From the NCBI GenBank assembly GCA_046726415.1, contig JBKPAK010000016.1:1-30062 (forward strand): a stretch of 30,062 bases of DNA. The letters are read 5' to 3'. Below, piece by piece: positions 26,235 to 30,062 of this stretch; positions within the stretch are counted from its first letter, which is position 1, and each line of letters opens with the position of its first letter. The notes below the pieces were generated by a model. The model saw only the letters and a list, made by a program, of their open reading frames with translations. It was not told the DNA's origin and did no database searches. Made by a program: the position numbers and the translations under genes. This DNA is from Candidatus Methylomirabilota bacterium (GTDB taxonomy: Bacteria; Methylomirabilota; Methylomirabilia; Rokubacteriales; CSP1-6).

Positions 26235-26998
26235 GCGAGTTTTTGAGAGTGGAGCGCCGGGGGCCGGTGGCCACCCTGTGGATCGATCGTCAAGCGAAGA
26301 TGAACACGATGACGGTGGCCATGCGGAACGAGTTCCCGGCGATCTTCCACGATATCGACGGCGACGACGCGGTGCGCGTGGTCGTCATCCGCGGGGCCGG
26401 TGCCAAGGCCTTCAGCGCCGGAGGCGATCTCGCCGAGTTCTTGACCTTGGCGCCGGCCGACCTCGAGCGGTGGGGCGACACCCTCACCTCGGCCGAGCGC
26501 TGCCGCAAGCCGGTGATCGCCGCCATCGACGGCTACACCATGGGCGCCGGGCTGGAGCTGGCCGTCGCGTGCGACTTCCGCATCGCCACCCTGCGCTCCG
26601 AGTTCGCCTTTCCCGAGATCCGGCTGGGCATGATCCCGGGCAGTGGGGGGACGCAGCGCGCGCTGCGACTCATCGGGATGACGCGGGCGAAGCTGTTCAT
26701 GCTGACCGGCCAGCGCATCCCGGCGGAGCGGGCGGAGGCGTGGGGCCTCATCACCCAGGCGGTGCCGAATGACGCGCTCGATCAGGTCGTCGGCGCGCTG
26801 GCCGGCGAGCTGGCCGAGCGCGCCCCGCTCGCCCTGCGCACACTGAAGATGGTCCTCAACCGCGGGGCGGAGGCACCGCTGGAGACGGCCCTCGAGCTGG
26901 AGCGCAAGTCCTATGCATGGCTCCGCTCCACGCACGACTACGAAGAGGGCGTGCAGTCCTTCCTCGACAAGCGGCCGCCCACCTATCTCGGGAGGTAG
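26231..26998 (+). CDS. Crotonase-family protein, HmfE (2-oxoglutaroyl-CoA hydrolase)-like
   Basis: ATGA overlap; AFSAGGD, RCRKPVIAA, GLELAVACDFRIA, PEIRLGMIPGSGG, ELE..SY..LRS..D..EGV; directly follows the HmfD-like ligase. Confidence 0.85.
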   Translation: MSEFLRVERRGPVATLWIDRQAKMNTMTVAMRNEFPAIFHDIDGDDAVRVVVIRGAGAKAFSAGGDLAEFLTLAPADLERWGDTLTSAERCRKPVIAAIDGYTMGAGLELAVACDFRIATLRSEFAFPEIRLGMIPGSGGTQRALRLIGMTRAKLFMLTGQRIPAERAEAWGLITQAVPNDALDQVVGALAGELAERAPLALRTLKMVLNRGAEAPLETALELERKSYAWLRSTHDYEEGVQSFLDKRPPTYLGR

Positions 26999-27000
26999 CG

Positions 27001-28002
27001 ATGAAGGCGTCGTTCGGACTCACCTTGGCCAACCGCGCCGTGGTGCTGGGGGCCATCCAGGCGCGCGAACTGATCGATCTCGCGGTGGCCGCCGAGCGGG
27101 CCGGCGCCTTCGACACGATTTGGGTCGGGGATAGCCTCCTCGCCAAGCCGCGCCTCGAAGCCATCACGTTGCTCTCGGCGCTGGCCAGCGCAACGTCGCG
27201 CTTGCGCTTGGGCGTCGGCTGCATGGCGACGTTCGTGCACCGCCACCCGGTGATGCTGGCGCACCAATGGGCCAGCCTCGACGTCGTCTCGGGCGGGCGT
27301 GCCCAGCTCGCCGTCTGCTTGGGCGGGCCCGACGAGGCCAGCGCTTCCCAAGCTCTGGAACACGCGGCGATGGGAATTCGGGCCGGCGACCGGGTGGGCC
27401 GGCTGGAGGAGGGCATCGTCATCCTCCGCAAGCTCTTCGGCGAGAAGAAGGCCTCTCACCACGGCCGCTTCTATCAGTTCGAGAGCGTGACGATCGAGCC
27501 ACGGCCCGTCCAGCAGCCGTGTCCCATCTGGATCGCCAGCAACCCCACCGGGCTCACGTGGAGGGGAGGAGCGAGCGCGAGCGAGGCCGTGGTGGAGCGC
27601 AGCTTTCGCCGGGTCGCTCGCTACGCGGACGGGTGGATGACCAACAAGCTCAGCCCCGAGGAATTCCGCGGTCAGTGGGCCCGCATTGGGGCGATGGCCC
27701 GTGAGGAGGGACGTGAGCCCGCGAACCTGCGCAGCGCGCTCTATCACAACATCAACATCAGCGAGGATCGACGGGCCGCGCTGGAGGAGAGCAAGGCCTT
27801 CCTCGATACGTACTACACGGCCAACTTCAGCGCGAAGTTCGTGGAGGGCTGGACGGTGGCGGGCGGCCCCAAGCAGTGCGTGGACGAGCTCCGCGCCTAC
27901 CTCGAGGCCGGGCTCTCGCACGTCGCGCTGCGGCTGACCTCGTGGGACCAGCGTGGCCAGCTCCAGCGCTTCCTCGCGGAGGTGGCGCCGGCCTTCGCCT
28001 GA
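27001..28002 (+). CDS. LLM-class flavin/F420-dependent oxidoreductase
   Basis: SD GGAGG; GAFDTIWVGDSLLAKPR, LRLGVG, WASLDVVSGGR, PRPVQQPCPIWIA, RVARYADGW. Confidence 0.9.
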   Translation: MKASFGLTLANRAVVLGAIQARELIDLAVAAERAGAFDTIWVGDSLLAKPRLEAITLLSALASATSRLRLGVGCMATFVHRHPVMLAHQWASLDVVSGGRAQLAVCLGGPDEASASQALEHAAMGIRAGDRVGRLEEGIVILRKLFGEKKASHHGRFYQFESVTIEPRPVQQPCPIWIASNPTGLTWRGGASASEAVVERSFRRVARYADGWMTNKLSPEEFRGQWARIGAMAREEGREPANLRSALYHNINISEDRRAALEESKAFLDTYYTANFSAKFVEGWTVAGGPKQCVDELRAYLEAGLSHVALRLTSWDQRGQLQRFLAEVAPAFA

Positions 28003-28076
28003 GGTCGGGAGCGGGCTGCATCAGACCGCGCATGGCCACCGGATCCGACATTGGCCCACACGTGGGCGCCCGGCCC

Positions 28077-28105
28077 TTGACTCTCGGCCCGAGCTGCGCG
28101 ACGTT
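28077..28105 (+). promoter_or_regulatory. Possible sigma70 promoter for 28166
   Basis: TTGACT-N17-GACGTT (weak -10); the spacer contains the dyad ctcgg-c-ccgag. Confidence 0.3.
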
Positions 28106-28165
28106 TGCCGCCGAAGGGCAGGGCCGAACGACATTGGCCGCGCCCGATCCTGCGAGGAGGCCAGC

Positions 28166-29023
28166 ATGAACTACGAGGTCAAGGTCGAGGACGTCGAGTA
28201 CAGCCGTCACGGCGGCACGCCGCTGCTCGCGCGCCTCTATCGGCCCCAAGGCACCGGGCCGTTTCCCATCATGGTCGAGCTCCACGGCGGGGCGTGGTGT
28301 CGCGGCGATCGCCTTGGCGACAAGGTGATTCACGAACCTCTGGCCAAGAGCGGCGTGATCGTGGCCGCCCTGGACTGGCGGCAGCCGCCGGTGGCGGCCT
28401 ATCCCGCTTCGTTCCAGGACATCCACTACGCGATTCGCTGGCTCAAGGCCAGGGCGACGGAGCTGGGGGGCCGACCCGATATGGTGGGCTCGATGGGCAA
28501 TTCGAGTGGCGGGCACCAGGCGATGCTGCTCGCGATGCGGCCCTTCGATTCGCGCTACGGCGCCCTGCCGCAGCCGCCGGGGTCGCCGGCCGCCGACGCC
28601 ACCGTACGCGGCGTGATCATGTGCTCGCCCGTCATCGATCCGCTCGGCCGTTACCACTATGCGAAGCAGCTCAAGGCCGGTGGCCCGCCGTATCCACCGC
28701 TGGTGGACGAGGTGCTGCCGTGCCACGACGCGTACTGGCAGAGCGAGGACGCGATGGCGGAGGGCTGCCCGGCGCTGGCCCTCGAGAAGGGTGAGAAGGT
28801 GCAACTCCCGCCCGTGCTCTACCTGCAGGGCACCGAGGACTTGGCGCATCCCCGGCCGCACCTCGATCGCTTCGTGGCGGCCTATCGCAAGGCGGGCGGG
28901 GTGGTCGACCTCGAGCTGTTCGACGGGGAGGGACAGGGCTTCATCATGCGGAAGGCCGGCTCGCCGGCTTCCAACCGCGCCATCGAGATGATTATCGAGT
29001 TCACGCACAAACAGATCCGGTAA
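28166..29023 (+). CDS. Alpha/beta hydrolase, HSL-like, atypical triad
   Basis: SD GAGGAGG; LHGGAW, GNSSGG, QGTED; GEGQGF where HGF is expected. Confidence 0.88.
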   Translation: MNYEVKVEDVEYSRHGGTPLLARLYRPQGTGPFPIMVELHGGAWCRGDRLGDKVIHEPLAKSGVIVAALDWRQPPVAAYPASFQDIHYAIRWLKARATELGGRPDMVGSMGNSSGGHQAMLLAMRPFDSRYGALPQPPGSPAADATVRGVIMCSPVIDPLGRYHYAKQLKAGGPPYPPLVDEVLPCHDAYWQSEDAMAEGCPALALEKGEKVQLPPVLYLQGTEDLAHPRPHLDRFVAAYRKAGGVVDLELFDGEGQGFIMRKAGSPASNRAIEMIIEFTHKQIR

Positions 29024-29041
29024 AGGCCGGGCAGGAGTAGG

Positions 29042-29071
29042 GAGATGGGGGCTCTCTCGGGCCCCCACCTC
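29042..29071. terminator. GC-rich hairpin (REP-like)
   Basis: gagatgggggc pairs with gcccccacctc (one mismatch), 8-nt loop; no U-tract. Confidence 0.4.
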
Positions 29072-29094
29072 ACCGGTGCCACGAGGAGCTCCGC

Positions 29095-30062
29095 ATGCAG
29101 TTCGGCCTGTTCATGATGCCGCTCCACCCGCCCCATCGCGCCTTTGCTGATGCGTACGATCGGGACATCGATCAGATCGTCCTGGCCGATCAGCTTGGCT
29201 TTCGTGAAGTCTGGGTCGGTGAACACCTGACCGAGCGATGGGAGAACGCGCCGGCCCCGGATTTGCTCCTCGCCAAGGCCCTGGCGCTGACAACCCGCGT
29301 GATGCTGGGGACGGGCGTGACCCTCCTCGCTCTGCACAATCCCGTGTATCTCGCGCATCGCCTGGCCATGCTCGACCACATGGCGCGTGGCCGTTTTCAG
29401 TGGGGTATCGGCGGCGGTGCCATCCCCACCGATCTGTCGCTGTTCGGGCTGGACCCCACGAACTCCTCGGCCGTGCGGGCCCGGTCCGCTGAAGTGCTGG
29501 ACGTCGTGCTCAAGCTCTGGGCGTCAGAGGGCCCATTCACCTATCACGGCCGCTTCTTCGACATCGATACTCCGGTGTTCGACCCCGTGAAAGACCGCGG
29601 ATACTACATGAAGCCCTATCAGCGACCGCATCCGCCCATCGCGGTGGCGGCGAGCACGCCCAACTCCAGTTCCATGCGGATGGCGGGCGAACGGGGCTGG
29701 ATCCCGATGTCGAGCTCGCTCCTGTCTCGACGGTATCTGCGCGACCATTGGCGCCTGGTCGAAGACGGCGCCCAAGAGGCCGGGCGACCGGCGAAGCGGA
29801 GTCAATGGCGCATCGCGCGCGATATCCTCGTCGCGCCCACTCCGAGCGTGGCCCGTGAGCGGGCCCGCGCCGTTCTCGGGCGAAACTACGTGCGGCATCA
29901 GCACCCCAATCGCGTGGGCACCATCCAGATGGCGTCCACCAAACTCGAGTCATCCATGCCCGATGAAGCGGTGACCGCCGACTACTTGATGGAGAACGTC
30001 TGGATCGTCGGCGACCCGGTAGAATGCGCGGAGAAGATCCAGCAGCTGTATGAAGAAAGCGG
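29095..30062 (+). CDS. LLM-class flavin-dependent monooxygenase, 3'-truncated by the window edge
   Basis: Not in the ORF track. GAGGAG SD; MQFGLFMMPLHPP...ADQLGFREVWVGEH...LGTGV...LDHMARGRF...KPYQRPHPPIAVA. Confidence 0.9.
   Translation, partial: MQFGLFMMPLHPPHRAFADAYDRDIDQIVLADQLGFREVWVGEHLTERWENAPAPDLLLAKALALTTRVMLGTGVTLLALHNPVYLAHRLAMLDHMARGRFQWGIGGGAIPTDLSLFGLDPTNSSAVRARSAEVLDVVLKLWASEGPFTYHGRFFDIDTPVFDPVKDRGYYMKPYQRPHPPIAVAASTPNSSSMRMAGERGWIPMSSSLLSRRYLRDHWRLVEDGAQEAGRPAKRSQWRIARDILVAPTPSVARERARAVLGRNYVRHQHPNRVGTIQMASTKLESSMPDEAVTADYLMENVWIVGDPVECAEKIQQLYEES

Overview
High-GC bacterial chromosomal window, dense in catabolic and transport genes. No rRNA, tRNA, CRISPR array, transposase or integrase is visible. 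Gene content (LIV-type ABC transporter, LLM oxidoreductases, a STAND/TPR relic ending 'LYRRVGKRDQAHEHL...FxLE') suggests a soil organism such as Ca. Rokubacteria/Methylomirabilota; this is a weak inference. Left to right: (1) a broken Tat-signal gene with a hydrophobic helical segment and beta-propeller, followed downstream by a YWAN-type secreted gene running off the left edge; (2) a STAND-ATPase/TPR relic and a small Cys-rich membrane-anchored protein; (3) a tightly coupled minus-strand operon of two paralogous 4-TM proteins sharing FHxHAEGMG, an exported protein whose predicted mature N-terminus is His-His, and a complete LIV-type ABC transporter, with a His-rich TlpA thioredoxin downstream (best candidate for an undescribed system); (4) a truncated alpha/beta hydrolase, MFS exporter, amidohydrolase and exported SRPBCC protein; (5) an orphan xanthine-dehydrogenase-family Mo subunit between two gene scars, a GYD protein and an enamidase-like enzyme; (6) a GH63-GH13 pair; (7) an operon of an MDR dehydrogenase, HmfD-like ligase, HmfE-like crotonase and LLM oxidoreductase (possible furoate pathway variant lacking hmfABC), then an HSL-like hydrolase lacking the canonical His and a second LLM gene cut by the right edge. 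All family calls are by-eye motif recognition; no searches were run.
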